Assembly (NCBI RefSeq): GCF_001194135.2
Contig: NC_068984.1
Location: forward strand, 118,488,680-118,552,679
DNA: 64,000 bases
From: Octopus bimaculoides
Taxonomy: Eukaryota
Direction of reading: 5' to 3'
Position numbers and translations under genes: made by a program. Shown here piece by piece: positions 27,187-38,250 of the stretch. Position 1 is the stretch's first letter. The number at the start of each line of letters is the position of its first letter. Below the pieces are notes generated by a model, which saw only the letters and a program-made list of their open reading frames with translations, was not told where the DNA came from and searched no databases.

Positions 27187-27233
27187 TCTTACAGCTGTTT
27201 CAGGGAAAATTCAATGTATCCCTTCATCAGAGA
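27187..27233 (-). ncRNA. Minimal type I hammerhead ribozyme, core intact, short helix I
   Basis: Minus strand reads TCT-CTGATGA-AGGGA(12 nt)TCCCT-GAAA-CAGCTG-TA-AGA. Helix III is the palindrome ACAGCTGT with a GUA cleavage triplet. Helix I is only 3 bp. Confidence 0.75.
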
Positions 27234-28255
27234 TGGTAATAGTAGAAGATAAGGATTATTACATCTGTATGAGTAGATTTGCAGTAAGAAATGTGAGCGA
27301 TGCAGTGAAGAAAAAAACAAAGAAGAAAAAGTACTTGGAGTATAGTTCCATTCCAACAGTAAATATCCATGTATAGAATCCGTGTGGTATTATGCTGTAT
27401 GGAAGCCAGTGTATTTGTCTGTACAATTAGTTCTTTCATTTATTACTGAAGAGTTTGGTGTCTTAAGCTCACAACTGCTCCACCATTGTTCCTTTATAGT
27501 TAATATTTTTTTTTGTTTTTGCTGCTGTTTGTCCAGGTTGCTTTGATAGAGCAGACAGACTTATCATCAAGGTGTTTCACCCATATCCATCCCATCTTTT
27601 ATTCAGACAGTGTATCTAGGACGATGTGCTATCCAATGTGTCCTTCCTTTTTATTTAAGCTGTAGGATCTGATTTGAGAAACAGTCATCTGCTATTTCTA
27701 GCAAGGTGAACATACATCATTGATTGATTTTGTATTTCTGTTTAGAAAAAGCAGTCGGCTTCAGTTGTTTTAGTGATTGCAATAGATGTAGTTAATTAGT
27801 TAATTACTAATGGTTTATGAAGGATGTCATTGTCCAGTTGAGGATAGAAGTAGTGGAGCTTTTTTTCTTCTTTTTGTTTTTGTTTTGTTTTGTTTTATTT
27901 TTTTTTTGTACATTTCAAATGAATAATGTGTGGAATTCAAAAGAAATGCTGGTGAAACTAGGTGGTATTGTTATTGTGTTGCTGGATGACCACTAGATAT
28001 TGGTATTTTAAATGTGATCAGTGACTGAATAATAGAAAAAAAAACCCATCAAAACTCTGCAATTGTTTGTAATGATTCTTGGTTCTTTATGCCCATTGTA
28101 TTCATATTTTGCATTCTCCGTGTCAGCCAATTCATATGAAACAATTTACGTGTGGGTAACATGAATGCATTATCAAAAATATATTTCTCTATTTTATTTA
28201 TTTTTTTGTTTGTTAATTTCCACTTTTGTTTTTGTTGTTTTTATGTATGGTATGT

Positions 28256-28286
<31 letters not shown>

Positions 28287-28302
28287 TTTTTCTCTATTGC
28301 AG

Positions 28303-28375
28303 AAGTGTCTGAGGGGAGAGAAACGTTAACTGAAGGAAGGCATGAGTTCAATTTTGCTTTTGATCTCCCAATGGG
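28303..28375 (+). CDS. ARRDC3: Alpha-arrestin (ARRDC3-like) internal coding exon, arrestin-N domain (probable exon 2)
   Basis: Polypyrimidine tract plus TGCAG acceptor (AG 28301-28302) and ATGGG|gtaaat donor. 73 nt, phase 1 to phase 2, encoding (E)VSEGRETLTEGRHEFNFAFDLPM(G), which matches the arrestin-N GxHxFxFxFxLP motif. Joins in frame to the 42815 exon. The symbol denotes closest resemblance, not proven orthology. Confidence 0.93.
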
Positions 28376-28740
28376 GTAAATTTTCTGTAAATTATTATGA
28401 TTATATAAATATATGTTTTGTTAAAAAAAATTTAAAANNNNNNNNNNAAAAAAAAAAAAAAAAAAGTCAAATAACTTTACAAAATTTAATTTTATTCTGC
28501 TTTTATCAAAACTTTGAAAATATTTCTAAAATTCTAACAACTTAAATTTTGAAAATCTTATTTGGAAAATGACCTGGTCTTGGATTGTATGCTGAAACTG
28601 AATTAGTTACATTGTGAAAGAGTTATTTTGATTGTTCCTAAATAGCTCTTCTGTAATGGCTTAACCCTTCATCAGTCAGATTACTCTGCCAAATGTAATA
28701 CTTATTTATTCACACTGCTTTGAATTAATCATAGATTATC

Positions 28741-28977
28741 TCGTAGCGAGCAAGCTGGCAGAAACGTTAGCACGCCGGGCGAAATGCTTAGTGGTATTTC
28801 GTCTGACGTTACGTTCTGAGTTCAAATTCCGCTGAGGTTGACTTTCCCTTTCATCCTTTCGGGGTCGATAAATTAAATACCAGTTATGCACTGGGGATCG
28901 ATGTAATCGACTTAATCCCTTTGTCTGTTCTTGTTTGTCCCCTCTATGTTTAGCCCTTTGTGGGCAGTAAAGAAATA
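28741..28977 (+). mobile_element. SINE-B young copy with 8-bp TSD, inserted into a MITE
   Basis: GCGAGCAAGCTGGCAGAAACGTTAGC, B box GAGTTCAAATTCC, central TTTCATCCTTTCGGGGTCGATAAATTAAATACCAG, tail AAAGAAATA. AGATTATC is duplicated at 28733-28740 and 28978-28985. Confidence 0.88.
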
Positions 28978-29279
28978 AGATTATCACACCTTCCTTCCGA
29001 GCACTGCTGTAAACAGTAGAAGTGAGCTAGAATGTTAAAACTTAGTACACATGCACCGCAGAGGTCAAGGTCAATCTGTGTCAAGCAGCTTTACTCAGCA
29101 TGCTTTAGCTTCGTTACTATGGCTACAATGTGGATACCTATTGATCAGACCTCATAAATGTGTGTGTGTGTGTGTGTGAGGGCACACATGTGAATGTTCA
29201 TGTTTGAGTTTTATGTCCTTGGATGTATGTTGACATTTCCTGCTAACAAATTGTCTCTTAGCTGTGTGTTTTCAAAGAT

Positions 29280-30200
29280 TAATGTTAAGCTCTCCTTTTC
29301 AAAGAACATCTGACTGCCAGACACTTCCAGTCATCTGTGTCAAGTGCTAGGTCCCAAGCTTCATCCCAGCTCTTGCATTACTCGCAAGGACTTCTTTCAC
29401 TACTGTCAGGCTTTTCTTCTTCAGACATCCTTTCTTCCCAGGATCCTCTGGAGACCACTGGAGACATGGATGTAAAAGACGGAAAGGAGCAATCCTGATC
29501 CTCCTGCTGTCCAAAAAACTAACTTAGTATGAATGAGAACTCTGATCTTCTTAGTACATCCGGATTGTGACACAGTTTCTGTGCAAAATGAGATGAATCC
29601 CATACAAGTATCTTCACTAGGAGATGTTCAATCTCCTGTCTAGTGCTTGACAGTCATAGAGGAAATTAGAAAATGTGATGCTTGAGAACAACTGGATTTT
29701 GATCTTCATACTGATGTTGTGTGTTTTAGAGATTAAGAATCTCAAATTCAAAATATTGTGTATGAACAGGGACAGGTGACACTGACTTCTTTTTCAGTCC
29801 AGTCAGGTGTGAGACAAGGCTGCATACTCTCACCATTTTAATTCACACTTGTTGATTATATTATGCTGAAGCTGCTATGTCATCACATTGGACTCGCATG
29901 GACTGCACTTCACAGTAAGTTGGCGCTTATTGCTGAAGGCAAAGCAGAAATGACCAACAGCTTATACAGTATTGGTAAAAAACTTTGTTTGACCATTAGT
30001 GTTGAAAAAAAATCAAGGTAATGAGATGGGCAATGATCTATTAAGAACTCAATCTCTGTAGATGAACACCTGGAAAAATGTGAAGAATTCACATACCTTG
30101 GCAGTAACATCAGTTGTAATGGAGATGTGGAAAAAGAAGTTAGCATTAGGATTGGTAAAGCTAACAGTGCCCTTCTCAAATTCAGAAGACTGGTGCAATG
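29280..30200 (+). mobile_element. RTE-clade LINE reverse-transcriptase fragment (decayed)
   Basis: Broken frames give DFFSVQSGVRQGCILSPFL and EEFTYLGSNISCNGDVEKEVSIRIGKA. Boundaries approximate. Confidence 0.85.
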
Positions 30201-30462
30201 AAAAAAACAAAAAACAAACATTACTTGAAAAACATGTAAGGGTAGCAACAAGAAGAGTAGCTGGCTGTAAAACAGTGCCTCAGTATATATTCATCCAGCC
30301 CAGGATAGCATGGAAAAAAAACAAGCATCTTATTCCTAATTCAGGGCTATATTCTGCCCAGCATTACTGTGATATGAATACAGTAAGGTTTACTGCAGTT
30401 TTTTTTTCCTAGTGAATATTTATCTAAATAATTTTGTAATATTTTCATATTCCAAAATATTA

Positions 30463-30501
<39 letters not shown>

Positions 30502-31449
30502 NNNNNNNNNNACACACACACACACACACACATGTATTCTTGAAGTTGATAACGGGTGATGACAGAGGAAAGGTAAACATTTGTGCCTGTATATTATGTA
30601 AGCACGCCTGTTTAGAAAGATGGTAGATAGTTTTTGGTTAATTTGTTTTGGTTTTGATATAGTTTTTGTTTCTTCTTTGTAAAAATTATTTACACTTTAG
30701 GCATGTAACTTATTTCTGAATGTGAAAAATATATTATGTAAATAATATGTTCCCATACAAATTTAAACCCTCTATGTTCTTATTTCCCCTTTAGTCTACT
30801 AGGTTAGGTGAGAAATATGGTTTCTGATTTACTGTCGTGATACAGTTTACTCATCATTGCTTAACATCCGCCTTCCATGCTGGCATGGGTGGATGGTTTG
30901 ACACCAGTTGGCTTAGCAGAAGACTGCACCATACTTCCATGTCTGTTTTGGCATGGTCTTTACAGCTGGATGTCCTTCCAAATGCCACCCACTTAACAGT
31001 GTGGACTGGATGCTTTTTACATGGCACCAGCACTGGCAAGGTCACCAAGTAACTTGCAAGATACTTTACTACTGGATAAAAAAAATAATAAGTCCCTTGA
31101 ACATTACTGTCTCATGTCCTAGGACTGATAGTGCTGTTTACTGGGTTTCCACGACACATAAGTGACCGAGATCACAACACTCCTTGAACAGTATGCCAGT
31201 GAACTGAAAGGTACCCACTTACAGTTGAGTGAACTGAAGCAATGTGAAATGAAGTGTTTTGTTTAAGAACACACCACACCACCCAGTTAAGGAACTGAAA
31301 CAACGATCTTGCAGTTGTGAGTGCAACACACTAAGCTAATGAGCCATATGCCTTCACTTACTACAAGATAGTGAGTTCAAATATAAAATATTTACTTGAA
31401 GATCAGACTATGCTTTTTATGGAAGAACTAAAAAATTAAGGTAACAAAT

Positions 31450-31680
31450 AGGTGCAGGCGTGACATGTGATAAGAACTTCACTTCCTAATCACATGGTTC
31501 CAGGTTCAGTCCCACTGCACAGCACCTTTGGCAAGTGTCTTCTATTATAGCCTCAGGTCAGCCAAAGCCTTGTGAGTGGATTTGGTAGATGGAAACTGAA
31601 ACAAGACTGTCGTGTATATATGTGTGTGTGTGTGTTTGTCCCACCACCACTTGATATCTAGTGTTGGTGTGTTTACGCTC
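31450..31680 (+). mobile_element. SINE-A 3'-truncated copy
   Basis: GGTGCAGGCGTGAC...GGTTCAGTCCCACTGC...GTGTTTACG. Confidence 0.8.
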
Positions 31681-31924
31681 TCACATGTATACACATTCAC
31701 TCAAAATTTTAATATCATACATGTACATATACTTACATACATAGACAAATGTCTAGAATTCTGCAACATTAATTTTTAAGCATAATCAAGTTATGAAGAA
31801 GCTATCATTGTAGCCTTCACTGTCACATCTTGTTGGCTGCATTTCTTTCAAACATTACTTTCTTTCTTTCTCTCATTCATTTATCTTTTTATATGGCTTC
31901 TACCGTTTTCCACCTTTTATCTTT

Positions 31925-32405
31925 TTCTCTCTTACTTGTTTTAGTCATTCGACTGTGGCCATGCTGGGGCAACACCTTGAAGGGTTTTTAGTCGAAGAAA
32001 TCAACTTCAGTACTTACTTACTTTTTTTAAAGTTTGGTACTTATTCTGTTGGTCTCTTTTGCTGAGCCACTAAGTTATGGAGATGTAAACAAACCAACAC
32101 CAGTTGTCAAGCAGTGTCTGGCTGTGTGTGTGTATGTATGACAAATAGAAAGCCACATGCACAAACACACACACACACCACACATACACACACATGCATG
32201 CACACATTCACACATACATACATACACTCACATACATGCACAGTGGGCTTCCTCACAGTTTCCATTTAGTAAATTCACTCATAAGACATTGGTTAATTTG
32301 AGACTGTAGTAGAAGATATTTTACCATAGTGCTGTGTAGTGAGATTGAACCTGAAACTGTGTGGTTACAAAGCAACCTTCTTAACAACGTGGCTATGCCA
32401 GCACC
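31925..32405 (-). mobile_element. SINE-A diverged copy with expanded (CA)n
   Basis: Tail CTTACTTGTTTTAGTCATTCGACTG through head TGGCTATGCC. Confidence 0.75.
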
Positions 32406-32790
32406 TACATTTACCACTCTTCTACTGTTTTTCAGTTATTGGACTGCAGCCATGGACTGGGGCACCAACTTCAGGGTGTTCAGTCAATCATAATGGAGCC
32501 TCACCCCATCAGTGCTTGTTTCAGTTTGGTAACTTAGTTAATCAGACTCTATTTGTCAAAGTGCTAAGTCACAGGACATAAAGCAGCAACGTATAAACAA
32601 CAGTGGCTTTCAGCTATGTGGAAATTTAACATCCATGCACACGCATTATATATATATATATATATAGGGCATCCAGCTGTAGAAACTCTGCCAAATCAGA
32701 TTGGAGCCTGGTGTAGCCAGCTGGTTCACCAGTCCTCAGTCAAATCGTCCAACCCATGCTAGCATGGAAAGCGGACGTTAAACGATGATG

Positions 32791-32829
<39 letters not shown>

Positions 32830-33180
32830 AATAAAAGGGTAAACACCCCCTTTGGTCATGAATGACCATGGAATTCCACCTAGAAAGTTCCTCTTTGAGG
32901 CACAATTCTGGGTGAGGTTGTTTATGGAAGACCAACAATCATCCATGCATACCAGCCTCCCCTCTCCATGCCACCTATATTATCCAAGGGAAAGGCAAAG
33001 GCCAATACAGCTTGGCACCAGTGATGTCACAACTCATTTTTACAGCTAAATTAACTGGAACAACATGAAATAAAGTGTCTTGCTCAAGAGCACAACACAT
33101 GGCCCAGTCTGGGAATCGAACTCACTACCACATGATTGTGAACCCAATGCTGTAACCATCAAGCCATATGCTTTCATATA

Positions 33181-33607
33181 NNNNNNNNNNNNNNNNNNNN
33201 NNNNNNNNNNNNNNNNNNNNNNNNNNNNNNNNNNNNNNNNNNNNNNNNNNNNNNNNNNNNNNNNNNNNNNNNNNNNNNNNNNNNNNNNNNNNNNNNNNNN
33301 NNNNNNNNNNNNNNNNNNNNNNNNNNNNNNNNNNNNNNNNNNNNNNNNNNNNNNNNNNNNNNNNNNNNNNNNNNNNNNNNNNNNNNNNNNNNNNNNNNNN
33401 NNNNNNNNNNNNNNNNNNNNNNNNNNNNNNNNNNNNNNNNNNNNNNNNNNNNNNNNNNNNNNNNNNNNNNNNNNNNNNNNNNNNNNNNNNNNNNNNNNNN
33501 NNNNNNNNNNNNNNNNNNNNNNNNNNNNNNNNNNNNNNNNNNNNNNNNNNNNNNNNNNNNNNNNNNNNNNNNNNNNNNNNNNNNNNNNNNNNNNNNNNNN
33601 NNNNNNN
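33181..33607. other. Assembly gap (427 N); other gaps at 13372-13392, 28438-28447, 30502-30511 and 45289-45476
   Basis: Runs of N, all next to microsatellites or homopolymers. Confidence 1.
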
Positions 33608-33736
33608 TATTTATATTACAATATATAAAATAAAATAAAATAAAAATGGATGGCACCATGAAATAAAGTATTGAATGTAGATGAAATATTGAGTGTTCAA
33701 TATAAAGGATCAAATATATAAATATAAATATATAAA

Positions 33737-33776
33737 GGTGACTCGAGTTTCGGGGCTATTTCCCTTCATCATGGCC
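33737..33776 (-). ncRNA. Decayed minimal hammerhead motif
   Basis: Minus strand reads GGCC-ATGATGA-AGGG(AAATAG)CCCC-GAAA-CTCGAG-TC-ACC. Helix III is the palindrome ACTCGAGT. C3 and helix I are damaged. Confidence 0.55.
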
Positions 33777-33818
33777 AGTATGACAGACTTTAACAGACTG
33801 TATATATATATATGCACG

Positions 33819-33865
<47 letters not shown>

Positions 33866-34217
33866 CGGGCAAGAATCTTCTACTATAGCCCTATGATGAC
33901 CACAGCCTTGTGAGTGGATTTGATAGCTGGAAACTTATGTATATATGTGTGTGTATATGTTAGCGTCTCCTTGTCTTGACGTCACCCAGTAGTTGTAAAT
34001 GTGTGTCACTGTCATGCAAGCAGTGTCATTCAAATCGTCCATGAAAACACATCTGTACATGGGGGAAATATTCATCTTGCTTGGAAACAGGTGAGAGAGC
34101 TGGTGACAGGAAAGTTATTCAGTCATAGGAAACCACAGAGAATCTGCCTCAATGAATTTTGTCTGATCTATGCAAGCATGGAAAAAGGGATGTTGAAACA
34201 ATTGTGATATATGCATG

Positions 34218-34261
<44 letters not shown>

Positions 34262-34614
34262 ATGCCTTGATATTTGAGTTAATTTGTTCTCGGAGACCAC
34301 TCATAAAGCAGAGCAATAATTGCCCATGGTAGCAATGTTATAAATTGTAATTCGGTCTCAGAAAAATATTCTACCTATAAAATTTATAATAATCATAAAT
34401 AAATGGCAATAAAACAACAGTAGAATGTAAAGAATATTTTATGTCAAGTAAAAAGAATGTCATGATCATTTATAATAAAAAATATTATTATTATAATCAT
34501 TTTCTGAATCACTTTCACTCGCACTAGACTTGTGCACATCATCACTTGTTGTCGCGATCGTCGATACACAAGCACTCGTAGATGGACTTGTGGATCTCTT
34601 TTTTTTAAAAAAAC

Positions 34615-34996
34615 GGACTGTCACATTAAGTTGACAGTATACAACTGCTTTACTGTAACACTGCTGCTTAAGTCTCTCTCTGAGATTTATAATTAGATCA
34701 TTTCTAATTTTTGTAATTAGTGAATGTGTTTTCACTAGAAATATATATATTTGTGAGAGGTTGACAGGCATCTTCAGCCAGATGGTCATGCTACTTCAGG
34801 CTGATGATGAGCAAAGTCTCAGAAACATGTCCCTGAATGCAGACTAGGCTGGGTGGAGGTGCTTGTCTCCCCCTCACAAACATAAGGACACAGGAAATGT
34901 GTCAAGGCCGACAGGAAGCGGTCCAGCTTCCTAGGGCTAGATAGCAGCAGTATGATTCCCTTATTGGGACTGTCACATTAAGTTGACAGTATACAA
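34615..34996 (+). mobile_element. Hammerhead-bearing structured unit (retrozyme/Penelope-like derivative) bounded by a 30-bp direct repeat, 352-bp period
   Basis: GGACTGTCACATTAAGTTGACAGTATACAA is identical at 34615-34644 and 34967-34996. The interior carries the hammerhead, the long rod 34751-34879 and further hairpins. Confidence 0.6.
34795..34837 (+). ncRNA. Minimal type I hammerhead ribozyme, core intact
   Basis: TTCAGG-CTGATGA-TGAG(CAAAGT)CTCA-GAAA-C(AT)G-TC-CCTGAA. Helix I is 6 bp, helix II 4 bp, helix III is the palindrome ACATGT. Predicted GUC cleavage after 34831. Confidence 0.85.
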
Positions 34997-35713
34997 GTCT
35001 AAAGTTGTTTGTTTAGAAACTTTTTTTCACTCTATATAAATTTCTTAGTAACACGAAGAAGCATTTGTTATGATGGTAGACACTTTTGCATTTTGTTCAA
35101 AATTTGGGTCTTTATATTTATTATAAAATAAAACTCATAAACCCGAGGTCCCATAAAGTGGGTCCTTGTAAAGTGACGTATTACTGTATGTATATATTGT
35201 ATCTATGTCTGTTTATGTGTATGTTTATATTTGTACCTTTTCAAAAGACTGGTGTTCACCTTGGAGGTGGTACCCCAGCATGGCTACAGTCCAGTTACTG
35301 AAAACAGTGAGAAAGTAATACATGTTGAGGCCATACAACTAGACAGATAAATAAATAAATGAAAGAGTGTTCAATATTGAAGAAGCAACAGGCAAGATGC
35401 AGTTGCTAAGATTTGACCATAGCAACCAACTCCTCATAGCTTGCTTACAGTAAAAAGAAAAAAATTGATATCACACATTGCTAGTCATGATAGATAGTCA
35501 CAATCTATATGAAACAAGAGATATTAATTTTATAGATTTGGATTGATGATATTTGACGAGATGTCTTGTAAGTGACTAGAGCTTGCCGATAAATCATTGC
35601 ACAGATTTTCTATACTCTTGTATATAAAATATGTGATCTACAAGGAAACTTCATGGGAAAATGCGCTGTTGTTCTGTTTTCAAAATCATATCCCATAAAG
35701 AAGAGCTACCTTG

Positions 35714-35750
<37 letters not shown>

Positions 35751-35751
35751 T

Positions 35752-36905
35752 AGGTGGTGAGCTGGGAGAATTGTTAGCATGCTGGGTGAAATGCTTAGCA
35801 GTATTTCATTTGTTGCTACATTCTGAGTTCAAATTCTGCCGAGGTCAACTTCGCCTTTCATCCTTTTGGAGTTGATAAATTAAGTACCAGTGAAACACTG
35901 GGTCGATGTAATCGATTCAACCCCTCCCACCAAAATTGCTGCCCTTGCAGCAAAATTTGAAACCATTATTGTTATTCAGGTGGCGTGCTGGCTGAATTGT
36001 TAGCATACTGGACAAAATGTTTAGTGATATTTTGCTCATCATTGTGTTCTGAGTTCAAATTCTGTCAAGGTTGATTTCACCTTTCAGCCTTTTGGGGTTG
36101 ATAAAATAAGTACTAGTTGAGTATTGAGTTGATGTAATCAACTATCCCCCTCCCACAAATTTCAGACCTTGTGCCTATAGTAGAAAGGATTATTTGAAGG
36201 CAGCGAGCTGGCGGAACCGTTAGCATGCTGGGTACAATGCTTAGCAGCATTTTGTCTGTCCTTAGGTTCTGAGTTCAAATTCTGCTGAGGTTGACTTTAC
36301 CTTTCATCTTTTTGGGGTTGATGAAATAAGTACCAGTGGAACACTGAGGTCAATATAATCAACAAACCCCCTCTCCACAAATTTTTCAGGCCTTGTGCCT
36401 TTAGTAGACTGAATTATTACTATTATTATTATTAAGGTGGTGAGCTGGCAGAATCACCAGCATGTTGGGCAAAATGCTTAGCAGCATTTCGTCCATCTTT
36501 ATATTCTGAGTTCAAATTCTGCTGAAGTCAGTTTTGCCTTTCATTTATTTCTTCAGGGTCGATAAATTAAGCACCAGTGAAACACTAGGATCAATGTAAT
36601 CAACTTGTCCCTTTCCCCAAATTTCAGGCCTTGTGGCTATAGTAGAAAGGATTATCATTATTATCATCATTAAGGTGGTGTGCTGGCAGAGTCATTAGCA
36701 CATTGGGTGAAAAGCTTAGTGGTATTTCATCTGTCGCTATGTTCTGAGTTCAAATTCCACCGAGGTCAACTTTGCCTTTCATCTTTTCAGGGTCAATAAA
36801 TTAAGTACCAGTCAAGTACTGAGGTTGATGTGATTGTTTGTCCTTCTCCCTACAAAAAATCCAGGCCTTGTGCCTATAGTAGAAAGGATTATTATTATTA
36901 TTATT
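35752..36905 (+). repeat. Head-to-tail array of five SINE-B copies separated by (ATT)n tails
   Basis: Heads AGGTGGYGWGCTGG (AGGCAGCGAGCTGG in copy 3) at about 35752, 35978, 36198, 36435 and 36673, spaced ~220-238 bp apart. Confidence 0.92.
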
Positions 36906-37599
36906 GTACACTTATCAGGAAAGACTGTGGTCATGGTGATAAGAGATAGAAAATAACACATCCAGTTCGTCTGTTTGATCATTAAACTTGTTGATTTAAT
37001 ATTGATTATTAATATTGTCAAGGTCCTTGTATCTGTTTAGACAAGTTTGGTTTTGTTTGAGTGTGAAACAAATGGGTGTATTAAACACGGTGTTTGAATC
37101 AGAAACAAGCAAAAAAAAAAAAAAGAAAAGAAAAAAAAAGAGGAAGGGAAAAATATTTTAATTTAAGCCTTGTAACTACTTTATGGATGACATTTTGATT
37201 TTCATGTTAATTTCAAGGTAGATAGATAATAATGCTGTCTCGGTGAGCTAATTAATTAGGGAAAGCTCCTCCTTCCCTTCATTCTCTCGGTTTCTGTAAT
37301 ATCTTTACTGGTGTCTTCTATTGATTAAATCAATAATTACCAAAGTTTTTAGTAGTTATTTCAATATTAATTAGAAATATAGAAGGATTTCATACTCATT
37401 AAAGATATTATTTTACTCTTTCTAAATAGGATCTCTATGAATCTTTTTGTCCTCCATTCTATTCATCTACTTTCATTTGTTGACATGGCTGTATGGTTAA
37501 AATGTTTGCTTCACAACTATGTGATTCTGGGTTCAGTTCCATGACACCTTCACCAAGTGTCTTCTACCATAGTCATCAGTTACCCAGTTTCTTGTGAAT

Positions 37600-38250
37600 A
37601 GAACCTGTTGTGCTGACAGCATGCATATCACATTTCTTGAATGCCCAGATCCTTGGAGGTAGTAGACATTTTCTGTTACTTAGATTACCTAATTAGAAGG
37701 ATGCTCTGAAAGTAAGAATATGAACTGGCTGAAGAAAGTTCAGAGAGCCATTTCTTCTGTTTGTAAGGAAAGGCCTCTCTCAGAGGGTGAATGGCAGATT
37801 GTATGATGCTTGTGTAGAAGCAGCAATGCTACATGGTGGTGAAATGTGTACTGTGAATACAGAGGACATGCAAAGACTAGTAAGAAACAAAGCTAAGCAT
37901 GCTTCACTGGATGTGCAATGTCAGTGTACATATACAGCAAGGTGCAAATTTGTTTTGAGAGAAAAATAGGGCATAAGAGGCATTAGATGTAGTGTGCAAA
38001 AGAGAAGACTGTGTCGGTATGATCATGTGATGCAAATAGGTGACACTAGCTGTATAAAGATATGCCAACTTCTAAATATAGATGGAACTCATGAAAGAAG
38101 GAGACCCAGGAAGACATGGGATGAAGTAGTGAAGCCTGACTTTGGTGTTGTTGAGCTTCATGGAGGGTTTGACAAAGGACTGAGATGAATGATGATTCAC
38201 TGTGCAGGAGAGGACCTGTCTATCTCAGTAAAAATGTCATAGAAGCACAT
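37600..38250 (+). mobile_element. RTE-clade LINE 3' ORF fragment (decayed)
   Basis: Gives GRLYDACVEAAMLHGGE, KRRLCRYDHVMQ and RRRPRKTWDEVVK, typical of the RTE C-terminus. Boundaries approximate. Confidence 0.8.

Noticed and set aside
1-28302. First coding exon of the arrestin gene
   Set aside because: No ATG ORF with arrestin N-terminal features was found; it must lie upstream of the window.
33080-33713. 150-180-aa ORFs
   Set aside because: Artefacts of reading through the N gap; the same applies to 45140-45532.
34466-34789. 107-aa minus-strand ORF with KKKR and a Ser/acidic tract
   Set aside because: Low complexity and spans the 30-bp repeat junction. It might be a transposase N-terminal relic, but no motif supports that.
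35752-36905. CRISPR-like regular repeat array
   Set aside because: Eukaryotic DNA, the units are whole SINEs with Pol III boxes, and there are no unique spacers or cas genes.
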